This document shows, in pieces, positions 35,557 through 44,367 of a stretch of DNA of 64,000 bases. Position 1 is the first letter of the stretch. Each line of letters opens with the position of its first letter. Origin of the DNA: an uncultured Acidobacteriota bacterium (GTDB lineage: Bacteria; Acidobacteriota; Thermoanaerobaculia; UBA5066; Gp7-AA6); assembly GCA_963736455.1 (NCBI GenBank), contig CAVTON010000001.1, forward strand, positions 1,447,221 to 1,511,220, written 5' to 3'. The notes under the pieces are model-generated. The model was not told the origin of the DNA, did not search any database, and worked only from the letters and a program-made list of their open reading frames with translations. The translations under genes and the position numbers were made by a program.

Positions 35557-36270
35557 ATGAGAAACCGCATCGGCCTCGCGCTCGCGCTGCTGCTCGGGTT
35601 CGCCCTCGCGGCGTCGGCTCAGCAGAGCATGTACAGGATCCAGCTGAAAGCGTCCGGGGCGATGGTCTCGCTCGACCAGCCGAACCTCGTCGAGGGCCGA
35701 TACGTCTTCCACCAGTGGCCGGACGGAGCGCTCGCGTCGATCTCGCAGGACGTGGTCTCTCAGATCACTCCGCTCACCGGCCACTCGCGCGACACGATCT
35801 ACCAGATCGAGCTCAACCCCTCGGGAACGATGATCGCCCGCGACATGCCGGTGCGCCGGGGAACGACGTACACGTTCCACAGCTGGCTCCACGGCTCGCT
35901 CATGAGCCTGCGCGCCTCCGACGTCCAGAAGATCACTGCGCTGACCGGCGACCACGCCTTCTGGGTCGAGGAGGGGCTGGAGGGCGAGGTCCCCGTCGAC
36001 AACCTCGCGATGCAGGGCACCAACAGGATCGTCGAGATCGGCGTGCCGCGGCCGAACGAGACCTCGCAGGCGGGACCGTCGAGCCTGAGCTCGATCAACA
36101 GCGGAGGAACGCCGGGCATCAGCGGCGCCCCGGCGTACGGCAACTGGTCTTACCAGGGGACGCCGGGAGTCTCCGACGCCTGGTCGCCGGCCAACGCCAC
36201 CATGTCGAGCGGCGTGCCGACGATGCCGGCCGCCACGGACGGCATGGCGCCGCCGACGATGCCCCAGTAG
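35557..36270 (+). CDS. Secreted hypothetical protein with an internal ~50-aa tandem duplication and a Ser/Gly/Pro-rich tail
   Basis: Signal peptide GLALALLLGFALAASAQ. Repeats are YRIQLKASGAMVSLDQP..ITPLTG and YQIELNPSGTMIARDMP..ITALTG. Confidence 0.65.
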   Translation: MRNRIGLALALLLGFALAASAQQSMYRIQLKASGAMVSLDQPNLVEGRYVFHQWPDGALASISQDVVSQITPLTGHSRDTIYQIELNPSGTMIARDMPVRRGTTYTFHSWLHGSLMSLRASDVQKITALTGDHAFWVEEGLEGEVPVDNLAMQGTNRIVEIGVPRPNETSQAGPSSLSSINSGGTPGISGAPAYGNWSYQGTPGVSDAWSPANATMSSGVPTMPAATDGMAPPTMPQ

Positions 36271-36277
36271 GCGGCGA

Positions 36278-36392
36278 GGCCGCGCGAGAACGCCGCCTCG
36301 GAAGCCCGACCCGGACGAAGTCCGGACCGGAGATTCCGAAAGATTCGGCCGCGCGAGAACGCCGCCTCGCAACCCCGAGCCGGACGAAGTCC
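36278..36392. repeat. Two copies of a 46-bp direct repeat (period 69 bp) in a convergent intergenic region
   Basis: ggccgcgcgagaacgccgcctcggaagcccgacccggacgaagtcc (36278-36323) versus ggccgcgcgagaacgccgcctcgcaaccccgagccggacgaagtcc (36347-36392). Confidence 0.6.
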
Positions 36393-36395
36393 CCC

Positions 36396-37119
36396 TCAGC
36401 GGGCCGCGTCCACGTAGAAGCTGACGGCCAGTCCCAGCACGTTCAGGAAGGCCGGGTTGCAGCTCGGGCAGTTCTGGCGAAGATAGTAGACGTCGACCAT
36501 CAGCCAGGGGCGGTACGGTACCTCGAAGCCCGCGGTGTACCACTCCTGTTTCCAGGCCGCGGCCGTGACGTCGTAGAAGAACTCGGCCGATGCGTAGGGC
36601 GTGAATCGAAACCGGTGGATTTCGGCGTCAAATTCGGCGGCCACGAGGTTGCGGTAGCGCGTCGAATACGCTCCGTCGACCCATCGGAACTCGACGCGGT
36701 TGCGGTCGGTCAGGAGAAGCGACTTCCCGAGCCGGAAGCGCGGCGTGGCTTGGACGGCCACGTCGGTTCTCGATCGTGTCCTTGCCGGATCGGATCGTCT
36801 GAAGATGCTCGTACCCCGCCGCCGTGACGAGGATAGTTCTCCTTGTCGGGATCGATGTTGACGGAGTGCGGCTGCTCGAAGCGCCACCATTGCAGGCCGA
36901 GCCCAGCGCCGAAGTCGACCTGGCGGTAAGGATAATCCTGATCGGTCCGGCTCTCGGCGAAGGCGAGAGCCCTCAGGTTCGGCGTGAGCTGAAGATGGAG
37001 GTCGGCGCTCGGCCAGAGCGCTCCGCTCGTCTCGGAGGTCTGCGCGAAGTCCCACGTGCGGGGCCGGCCTGGAGGAGGAGCGCTGCGAGCAGCGATCGGA
37101 GGGCGAACCGCGTCTTCAC
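36396..37119 (-). pseudogene. Outer-membrane-type protein (possibly DUF2490-like) disrupted by about three frame changes
   Basis: Signal peptide VKTRFALRSLLAALLLQAGPA is in one frame. WDFAQTSETSGALWPSADLHLQLTPNLRALAFAE..DKENY is in a second, ..LVTAAGYEHLQTIRSGKDTIEN in a third, and TDVAVQATPRFRLGKS..GLAVSFYVDAAR in the track frame. Junctions are near 37056, 36831 and 36766. Confidence 0.5.
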
Positions 37120-37187
37120 ACGGGACCGCAAAGGAATGCGGGGCCCGCCCCGGAAGATCGGGGACGGGCCCCGCACCGAAAGTCCGA

Positions 37188-37628
37188 CTACTTCTCGATC
37201 GTGAGCTTGAGTCCCTCGGCCGCGATCTTGAGGCTCGCGCCCTTGGTGATGCTCGTGAGCGTGATTCCGACGCCCTTGGCGTTGGTCAGAGCCGTGATGC
37301 CCTTCCCCGAACCCGCCGTCGCGCCCGCGCCCGCCGCCGCATAGACTCCGCTGAAATCGTCGACCGACTTCAGGTCATAGACGTCGCCCTTCGCCTTGAC
37401 GTCCGTCATTCCGACTTCACCAACCGAGAGTCCCTCGACCTTGACCTTGTAGTTCTTGCCCATGTAGGTCAGGGTCCCGTGACCCCAGCTCCAGCCGATC
37501 CCCACCGCGACCGAGCCCTCGGTCAACTTGAGCGTCGCGCTCGGCTTCTTGTCTGCCGCCATCGCGAACACCGCCGAAAACGCCAGCACAGCCGCCAGGA
37601 CCACCGACGAAATCCACCGACGATTCAT
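37188..37628 (-). CDS. Small secreted Gly/Ala/Thr-rich protein, unknown function
   Basis: 146 aa with signal peptide SVVLAAVLAFSAVFAMA, then ..GIGWSWGHGTLTYMGKNYKVKVEGLSVGEVG.. Confidence 0.65.
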   Translation of the reverse strand: MNRRWISSVVLAAVLAFSAVFAMAADKKPSATLKLTEGSVAVGIGWSWGHGTLTYMGKNYKVKVEGLSVGEVGMTDVKAKGDVYDLKSVDDFSGVYAAAGAGATAGSGKGITALTNAKGVGITLTSITKGASLKIAAEGLKLTIEK

Positions 37629-37773
37629 GGTCTACTCCTCATGTCTTCGTGCCGCCGAAACGCTCGGCGGCGCAACACCCTCACTCCACGGATCCCGTTC
37701 CAATCGTTCCGGATGCTGATTCTAGCCGAACAGAAAAACGCGAATTCCTCCTAAGGTTTTACTCCGCGCACCA

Positions 37774-38845
37774 TCAGTAGGGCTTCGCCGGGCCGATCTG
37801 CGGCGCGCGCACGGGCTTGGCCAGGCCGAAGAAGATCGTCACGCCCTGCCCCCCGCAGCGGGTCGAGAGCGCCTCGTCCGGAACGCCGAAGCAACTGTCG
37901 ACGTCCTGCCAGTTGTTCATGGCCCAGACGTCTCCGGACGGGCTGACCGCGATGTCGGTCTGCATCTGGAGGCCGCCGCCCACGTAGCCGTTCGCCGGCG
38001 ACGTAGCCGCCCCCGTCGAACCGGAGCGGAAGCACCCATGCGCTCGGGGGGTAAACCAGGTACGGCATGAAGGGCACGCCGCGCATCGTCTTGCCCTTCG
38101 GGATCGTGTAGAACGCGTCGAGGAGCTGGAAGAGGCGCTGCGGCTGGTACCAGGAGTTGCGGGCGACCGCGATCGCGGCCGTCAATGTGTCGGTCGGCGC
38201 CGGCCCCTTGGGAGGCGTGGACGCCGCGTACAGGCGCCCGCAGGCGTCCGGCGTGAGGCGCGTCGCGCAGGCGGAGAGCAGGTCGGCAAGCGTGGCGAAG
38301 TTGGCCATCGTCGGCGTTTGCGGCCCGTTGAGCGGATCCTGGATGACGCCGCCCCAGCCACCGGTCGAGAGGTCGACGAAGCTCGGTACGTTGCCGGCGG
38401 CGATCTTCAGCCCGAGCGGGTGGCCCCTGAGCGCCTCGCCCTCGAGGAACTGCGCGTTGGTCCAGACCGACGCCACGGTCGTGAACTCGTTGATCGTGAC
38501 GCTCCTCGGCGGCGTCGCTCCGAGAACCGCCAGGAAAGCGAGCGCAGCGTTGTTCGTCCGGTCCGGCCGGGCCGCGGGCGTGCCGCCTTTGGCGACGATA
38601 TAGACGGAAGACCCCGCCGGCGCGGCGCCGAGAGAAAGCGTGAAGGCTCCCTGAGCGTCCGTCTTCGCCTCCCCGAGTTTCGCCGGTGCGCCCGCTCCTG
38701 CGGCATAGGCAATGACCGTCGAGCCCGACACGGCCTTGCCACCGGCCTGGACGCGGCCGCCGAGCGAAACGCCGGTCTGGGCTCCGACCGCCGCCGCGAA
38801 TGACACGAAACCCGCGATCGCTGCGAATAGGGATCTATGGCGCAT
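37774..38845 (-). pseudogene. Secreted protein with an N-terminal carboxypeptidase-regulatory-like domain, split by one frame change
   Basis: ATG at 38845 (MRHRSLFAAIAGFVSFAAAVGAQ..GGRVQAGGKAVSGSTV..DAQGAFTL). After ..RFDGGGYVAG the sensible reading continues in track ORF 37774..37983 (NGYVGGGLQMQTDIAVSPSGDVWAMNNW..). The junction is near 37994. Confidence 0.6.
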
Positions 38846-38901
38846 TGAAGGTCCTTTCAGCACGCCCCGGCGGCGCGGCCCGCCTGGGTATCGATCCATC
38901 A

Positions 38902-40455
38902 CTAGTCACCGGTCGCGTTTGGCGCGGTTTGCAGCATCTCGAGAGCCTGGTCGAGGCTGAAGCTGCCGGCCTTCTGGCTCGGCGGGAATTCCTTGAAGGT
39001 GGCCAGGAACTGCCCCACGTACTGCTGGGCCGGCACGAGCACGAAGGCGCGGTCGACCCGCCACGTTCCGTAGGAGACGCTCTCGTGATCCGCCGTCTCG
39101 AAGGGATCCGACCGCAGGTTGAAGAGCTTCGGAAAACGCAGCGGCACGAACGGATCCTGCCAGACGTCCAGCCCGTGCGCGCGCTGCTCGGCGAAGACGA
39201 TCTTCCACTGGTTGTAGCGGAGACCGACGAGCGAGCCGTCGTCGTTGAAGTAGAAGAACTCGTGGCGGGGGCTCGGGGACTTCCCGGCGAGCGTGTCGGT
39301 CATGTTGTAACCGTCGATGTGGACCTTGTAGGTCTTGTCGCCGACCTTCATGCCCTTCAGCAGCTGGTCCTTGACGTTCGGCACGCCGGCCGCTGCGAGG
39401 AGCGTGGGCAGCATGTCCTCGTGCGCGAAGACGTCGTTGAAGACCGTGCCGGGCTTGATGACCCCGGGCCAGCGGATCGCGCAGGGGACGCGGTATCCGC
39501 CTTCCCAGTTGGTGGCCTTCTCGTTGCGGAACGGCGACGTGCCGCCGTCCGGCCAGGAGAACTTCTCCGCTCCGTTGTCGGTCGAGTACATGACGATGGT
39601 GTCGTTCTCGAGACCCAGCTCCTTCAACTTGTCGAGCAGCAGGCCGACGTCGTAGTCGTGCTCGAGCATGCCGTCGGGATAGACGCCGAGGCCGGTCTTG
39701 CCCTCCCACTGGGGCGAAAGGTGCGTCCAGATGTGCATGCGGGTCGCGTTCCACCAGAGGAAGAACGGCTTGTTCTCCTTCTTGGCCTCGTCCATGAAGC
39801 GGAGCGCCTCTTTGGTGAACTCGTCGTCCACGGTCTCCATCCGCTTCTTGGTGAGCGCTCCCGTCAGCTCGATCTTCTGCGTCCCGTCGGGGTTCGCCCA
39901 CGTATGGATCACGCCGCGGGTCGCGTACTTCTTCTGCATCTCGGGGTCCTTGAAGTAGTCGGGGTTCTCCGGCTCCTCTTCGGCATTCAGGTGATAGAGC
40001 GAACCGTAGAATTCGTGGAAGCCGTGCGCCGTCGGCAGCTGCTCGTCCCGATCGCCCAGGTGGTTCTTGCCGAACTGGCCGGTCTTGTATCCCTGAGCCT
40101 TCAGGAGCTCGGCGATCGTGACGTCCCGCGCCTGGAGTCCTTCCTTGGCGCCCGGCAGGCCGACCTTGAGGAGCCCGGTGCGGAAGGGAGACTGTCCCGT
40201 GATGAACGCGCCGCGCCCGGCGGTGCAGCTCTGCTGGCCGTACCAGTCGGTGAAGAGCGCCCCTTCTTTCGCGATGCGGTCGATGTTCGGCGTCCGGTAG
40301 CCCATCATCCCCTGGTTGTAGGCGCTGAGGTTCCAGTAGCCGATGTCGTCGCCCCAGATGATGAGGATGTTCGGCTTCTTCTGCGCCTGGCCCGTAGCCG
40401 GAAGCGACAGGACGCAGCCGAAGGTCAGCAGCAGGGTTCTCACGAATGTCTTCAT
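38902..40455 (-). CDS. Arylsulfatase (Cys-type, formylglycine-dependent), paralogue 1
   Basis: Signal peptide, KKPNILIIWGDDIGYWN, active-site SCTAGRGAFITG (C-x-A-x-R) and GKNHLGD. Confidence 0.92.
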   Translation of the reverse strand: MKTFVRTLLLTFGCVLSLPATGQAQKKPNILIIWGDDIGYWNLSAYNQGMMGYRTPNIDRIAKEGALFTDWYGQQSCTAGRGAFITGQSPFRTGLLKVGLPGAKEGLQARDVTIAELLKAQGYKTGQFGKNHLGDRDEQLPTAHGFHEFYGSLYHLNAEEEPENPDYFKDPEMQKKYATRGVIHTWANPDGTQKIELTGALTKKRMETVDDEFTKEALRFMDEAKKENKPFFLWWNATRMHIWTHLSPQWEGKTGLGVYPDGMLEHDYDVGLLLDKLKELGLENDTIVMYSTDNGAEKFSWPDGGTSPFRNEKATNWEGGYRVPCAIRWPGVIKPGTVFNDVFAHEDMLPTLLAAAGVPNVKDQLLKGMKVGDKTYKVHIDGYNMTDTLAGKSPSPRHEFFYFNDDGSLVGLRYNQWKIVFAEQRAHGLDVWQDPFVPLRFPKLFNLRSDPFETADHESVSYGTWRVDRAFVLVPAQQYVGQFLATFKEFPPSQKAGSFSLDQALEMLQTAPNATGD

Positions 40456-40626
40456 GCTTGGACTCCTATTCCGCGGGCTCTGCGGCGCGGGCTCTCATAG
40501 ACGTTCCGCAATCAGTCCGGATTCGGATGATGGCGCATTATTCATCAACGGTCTTTCGACGTTAAGCCCGATCGACTATCCATTTGCTCATGCCGGTCTC
40601 CTTCCGGGCCGTAACCGCGGTCTCCG

Positions 40627-41688
40627 TCATTCGAATGCGAAGACTTTCTTCCAGTCGTTCTTCATGCTGATGACGATCCAGTTCTTCTTGGCCTCGTCGT
40701 AGAGCGACTGGGTGAACGTCCCGACCTTGCTGGCAGGAAGGCCGTCCGCCGGGCCGTACGCGTACTCGCGCTTGGCGTCGTCGTGCAGCACGATCATCGC
40801 GAGGCGCGGGCCGTCGCCGCCCTTGGTGTATTCGAGCATCTGTTGATCGCCGGTCGAATTGCCGAAGGCCGCATACGGGCGGCGGCCGATCTCCAGGTAG
40901 ATGCCCTCCGCCTTGCCCGCGTTGTTGTTGTCGAGAATCAGCTTCGGCTCTTTGGTCAGGACGGGTTTGCCGTCCTTGCCGTAGCTGTACTTCGTGCCGA
41001 TCGACGTGCCGATCACCTGCTCCGGCGGAATCCCGTAGGTCGCTTCGGCATACGCGCGCACGAAATCCTGGCCGCCCCCGGTAACGATGTAGGTCCGGTA
41101 GCCGCTGGACCGGAGGTACTTGAGGACCTCCTGCATCGGGAGGTAGGTCAGATCCGTGTAGGGCCGGTTCCAGCGATGATCTTTGGCCGCGGCGATCCAC
41201 TTCCGGACCTCGGCCCGGAAGTCGTCGACCGGCATCCCGCTCAAGGTCACCATCGCGATCTTGACGAGGTCCTCTTCGGAGAGGTGAGCGATCGCGTCCC
41301 GACTGCCGGACATCACGGTCTTGAAGGGCTCGACGTTGGCGAGCTCGGGCTTCGCCTTTACGACGACGGGAATCCGGTCGAGGCAATAGACGAGCTGGGT
41401 GTAAACAGGTTGCTCGACCCAGAGCGTTCCGTCCTGATCGAACGTGGCGACGCGCTCCTCGGGCGCGACGAACTGCGGGCTGCCCTGGGTCGTCGTCGAT
41501 CGAACGAACTCGACGATGGCCTTCTTCGCGGCGCCGTCGTTCCAGGACGGCAGCGGATCGTTCGGCGCCTGGGCTCTCGCGGAGATCGCGCCGAACGCCA
41601 GAGCGAGCAGGACGGTGGTGATCGTTCGGTTCGAAAGCCGGCTTCTTCGGGTTCCCACTGAAAACCTCCTACGAGAACCCGCCGTCAC
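40627..41688 (-). CDS. Secreted HAD-superfamily (subfamily IB-like) hydrolase / phosphatase
   Basis: Signal peptide. Motif I FDQDGTLW, ..VTGGGQDFV.., and motif IV GNSTGDQQML. Confidence 0.8.
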   Translation of the reverse strand: MTAGSRRRFSVGTRRSRLSNRTITTVLLALAFGAISARAQAPNDPLPSWNDGAAKKAIVEFVRSTTTQGSPQFVAPEERVATFDQDGTLWVEQPVYTQLVYCLDRIPVVVKAKPELANVEPFKTVMSGSRDAIAHLSEEDLVKIAMVTLSGMPVDDFRAEVRKWIAAAKDHRWNRPYTDLTYLPMQEVLKYLRSSGYRTYIVTGGGQDFVRAYAEATYGIPPEQVIGTSIGTKYSYGKDGKPVLTKEPKLILDNNNAGKAEGIYLEIGRRPYAAFGNSTGDQQMLEYTKGGDGPRLAMIVLHDDAKREYAYGPADGLPASKVGTFTQSLYDEAKKNWIVISMKNDWKKVFAFE

Positions 41689-42209
41689 TCCGCGTGACGG
41701 CCGCTGTTGCGGAAAAAGAGATCGAAGAGCTTCCTCTCGCCGAGGGCCCGGTCGAGCTCCCAGATCGCGAAGAACGGAATGAACGCCACGAAGAGCACGA
41801 GGGTTCGGGCGAGGATCTCGTAGATGCCCTGGCTCAGCATCTCCTCGACGCTTGCGGCGAGCGTCCGGCCCTTGAGGAGCCCTTCGACGACGTGCTCGAA
41901 AACGGCGAACACCGCGACGAGGAGGGCGTAGAGGACCGATGCGCGAAGCGTCGCGAAGGCGAGCATTCGCCGGCTCGTCTTCTTTTCGATTCCGATGGCC
42001 TTGCCGATGAGGATGACCTTGGCGATGACCAGCGCCTCGATGATCGCGAACCCGAATCGAAAGGTCGCGACGCCGAGCTCCCGGGAGATGAGGATCCGAT
42101 AGACGTGGAACGCCACGAAGAACGCGGCGAGGTACACCGTGATCAGCAGCATGAGGCGGAACTCCTCGGCCGCCTTCTCCTTGAGTGTCGACTTCTTCTG
42201 GTCGTTCAT
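41685..42209 (-). CDS. Four-helix membrane protein, unknown function
   Basis: ATG at 42209 (MNDQKKSTLKEKAAEEF..) followed by four hydrophobic segments. Its stop overlaps the HAD start (4 nt). The rest of the track ORF to 42758 is read-through. Confidence 0.65.
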   Translation of the reverse strand: MNDQKKSTLKEKAAEEFRLMLLITVYLAAFFVAFHVYRILISRELGVATFRFGFAIIEALVIAKVILIGKAIGIEKKTSRRMLAFATLRASVLYALLVAVFAVFEHVVEGLLKGRTLAASVEEMLSQGIYEILARTLVLFVAFIPFFAIWELDRALGERKLFDLFFRNSGRHAE

Positions 42210-42223
42210 GGATTCAGGGGCCT

Positions 42224-42571
42224 TCAATTGCCCGGCGGCGCGAGGCTCTCGAGCTGCCGCAGACGCTTCATGGCCTGCATCGCCTGCAGCGAGTTGTGGT
42301 TGAGGCCGGCCGCATTGAGACTGCTGCCCCGCTGGAACGGGAAGTCCGGCAGCGTCAGCAGAAACGCCTTGAGCTTCTGCTCCACCGGGATGAAGAGCCA
42401 GATGTTGTCGCCGTACCAGCGGATGTACATGCCGGACTCGCGCGGGGCCTTCTCGAACGGGTCGGCTCGCAGATTGACGATCTCCGGCCAGCCGGGAACG
42501 TCGCGCGTGGCGGTGGCGATGTTGCCGTTCTCGAGGGCGGCGAAAACGGACCATGCTCGACGCGTGTTCAT
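42224..42571 (-). pseudogene. Remnant encoding only the C-terminal ~110 aa of an arylsulfatase
   Basis: ..EIVNLRADPFEKAP..FLLTLPDFPFQRGSSLNAAGLNHNSLQAMQAMKRL aligns with the C-terminus of the 38902..40455 sulfatase (..LFNLRSDPFETAD..FLATFKEFPPSQKAGSFSLDQALEMLQ). There is no catalytic N-terminal domain. Confidence 0.6.
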
Positions 42572-42634
42572 GAGATTTCCTTGGGCTCGAAAGAGACGGG
42601 CGGCCCTTTCGAGCCGCCCGCCGGACATCGCACG

Positions 42635-44338
42635 CTACTCGCCTGCGTGGCTGGCGACGTGCGCCTTCTTGAGCTGGTCCATGACCTGGGTCAGGTTGTA
42701 GCTCGCCGGATCCTGCATCGGGGGAAACTGCTGGTACGTCTCCAGCTCCTGGAGCCAAAGCGACTGCCCGATCGGGAGCATGTTCCAGTCGTAGATGTAT
42801 GCCGTCACCGGTCCCGCGAGGGAGCCGCCCATGCCGGTCAGCGTCTTGTATTGCTCGCCGAGCGAAGTCTCGAACGGATCGCGCCGGATGTTGACGACCT
42901 GGGCCCAGTGGTACGGCAGGGCGCCCGAGATGAAGCCCGCCGGAGCGTCGGAAACCATCGTGAAATAGATCTTCCAGTTCTTGTAGCGCACCGCCGACGG
43001 ATCCGCCCCGGAGTAGTAGAAGAAGACGTCGGTCGCCGCCTTCGGCGACTTGCCCGTCAGGTAGTCGATCTGGTCGTGGCCATCGAGGGTCGTCTTGACG
43101 ATCCCCGGGTATTTGCCGGCCTCGATCTCCTTCTTCAAACCGTCGCCCTTCGGGCCGCCGGCGATGTCGACGAACGTTGGCACCCAGTCGAGGGACGCGA
43201 AGATGTCGTTGAAGATCGTTCCCGGCTTGACGACTCCCTTCCAGCGGATGACGCAGGGAGCGCGCATGCCGCCTTCCCAGGTGGAGAGCTTCCCGCCCTT
43301 GAACGGCGTGGTGCCGCCGTCGGGGTACGTGATCGTCTCGGCGCCATTGTCGGTCGTGAAGACGACGATCGTGTTGTCGAGCTGTCCCATGTCTTCGAGT
43401 TTCTTCAAAACGACGCCGATGTTGTCGTCCATCTGCTTCATTCCGGCCTCGTTGACGCCCCAGTCCTTGCCGCCCGCCTGGCCGACCATCGCCATGTACT
43501 TGTCCGACAGTACGGTCGTGATGTGCATGCGCGCCGGGTTGTACCAGACGAAGAAGGGCTTGTTGGTCTTCCTGGGATCGTTGCGGTCGAGGAAGTCGAC
43601 GACGTGGGAGGAGATCTCCTCATCGACGGTCTTCGAGCGCTCGAGGGTCAACGGTCCCTGGTCCTGGCAGCTCTGGCCCTTCGACGAGCCGTCGGACGAC
43701 TTGCACCAGATCACCGGGCGCGGAGGCGTCAGGCACGTCGTCGTCCTGGGATCGACTGCTCCCGGAACGTCCGACAGACCCGGGATGGGAGTGTTCTTGC
43801 ACGGCGGCGCGACCGCCTGCTGTGTCGGCGTCTTGTTGATGTCCGGGAAGCTGACGCCCTGCATGGCATCCAGGTGATACAGGTAGCCCCAGAACTCCTG
43901 AAAGCCGTGCGCCGTCGGCAGCGCGTCGGTGTGGTCGCCGAGATGGTTCTTGCCGAACTCGCCCGTCGTGTACCCGAGATCGTAGAGAAACTTGGCGAGC
44001 GCCGGCGTGCCGGGCCGCAGATAACTGGGGCTGCCGGGCAGCTGCGGCGGAATCATGCCCGTGCGGAGCGGATGCATGCCGGTAAAGAAGGCGTTGCGCC
44101 CCGCCGTGCAGCTCTGCTCGGCATAGTACGTCATGAAGATGCCGCCCTCGTTGCCGATGCGGTCGATGTTCGGCGTCTCCCCGACCATCAGCCCGCGGTG
44201 GTAGATGCTCGGCTGCATCCAGCCGATGTCGTCGCCCATGATGAAGAGGATGTTCGGCTTTTTCTCCTGGGCCTGGACCGATGCCGTAATCAGGACACCA
44301 ACCGATACTGCGAACCATCGAATCAGGGTTCGATTCAT
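42635..44338 (-). CDS. Arylsulfatase (Cys-type), paralogue 2, with a Cys-rich insertion
   Basis: ATG at 44338 (MNRTLIRWFAVSVGVLITASVQAQEKKPNILFIMGDDIGW), SCTAGRNAFFTG and GKNHLGD. The upstream 560 codons of track ORF 42635..46018 are a shadow of the next gene. Confidence 0.92.
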   Translation of the reverse strand: MNRTLIRWFAVSVGVLITASVQAQEKKPNILFIMGDDIGWMQPSIYHRGLMVGETPNIDRIGNEGGIFMTYYAEQSCTAGRNAFFTGMHPLRTGMIPPQLPGSPSYLRPGTPALAKFLYDLGYTTGEFGKNHLGDHTDALPTAHGFQEFWGYLYHLDAMQGVSFPDINKTPTQQAVAPPCKNTPIPGLSDVPGAVDPRTTTCLTPPRPVIWCKSSDGSSKGQSCQDQGPLTLERSKTVDEEISSHVVDFLDRNDPRKTNKPFFVWYNPARMHITTVLSDKYMAMVGQAGGKDWGVNEAGMKQMDDNIGVVLKKLEDMGQLDNTIVVFTTDNGAETITYPDGGTTPFKGGKLSTWEGGMRAPCVIRWKGVVKPGTIFNDIFASLDWVPTFVDIAGGPKGDGLKKEIEAGKYPGIVKTTLDGHDQIDYLTGKSPKAATDVFFYYSGADPSAVRYKNWKIYFTMVSDAPAGFISGALPYHWAQVVNIRRDPFETSLGEQYKTLTGMGGSLAGPVTAYIYDWNMLPIGQSLWLQELETYQQFPPMQDPASYNLTQVMDQLKKAHVASHAGE

Positions 44339-44367
44339 GTCAGGTTCCTCCTTGTTTCCGATCGGCC

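Noticed and set aside
36278-36392. CRISPR array.
   Set aside because: There are only two 46-bp repeat copies, they are imperfect, they have a 23-bp spacer, and there are no cas genes anywhere in the window.
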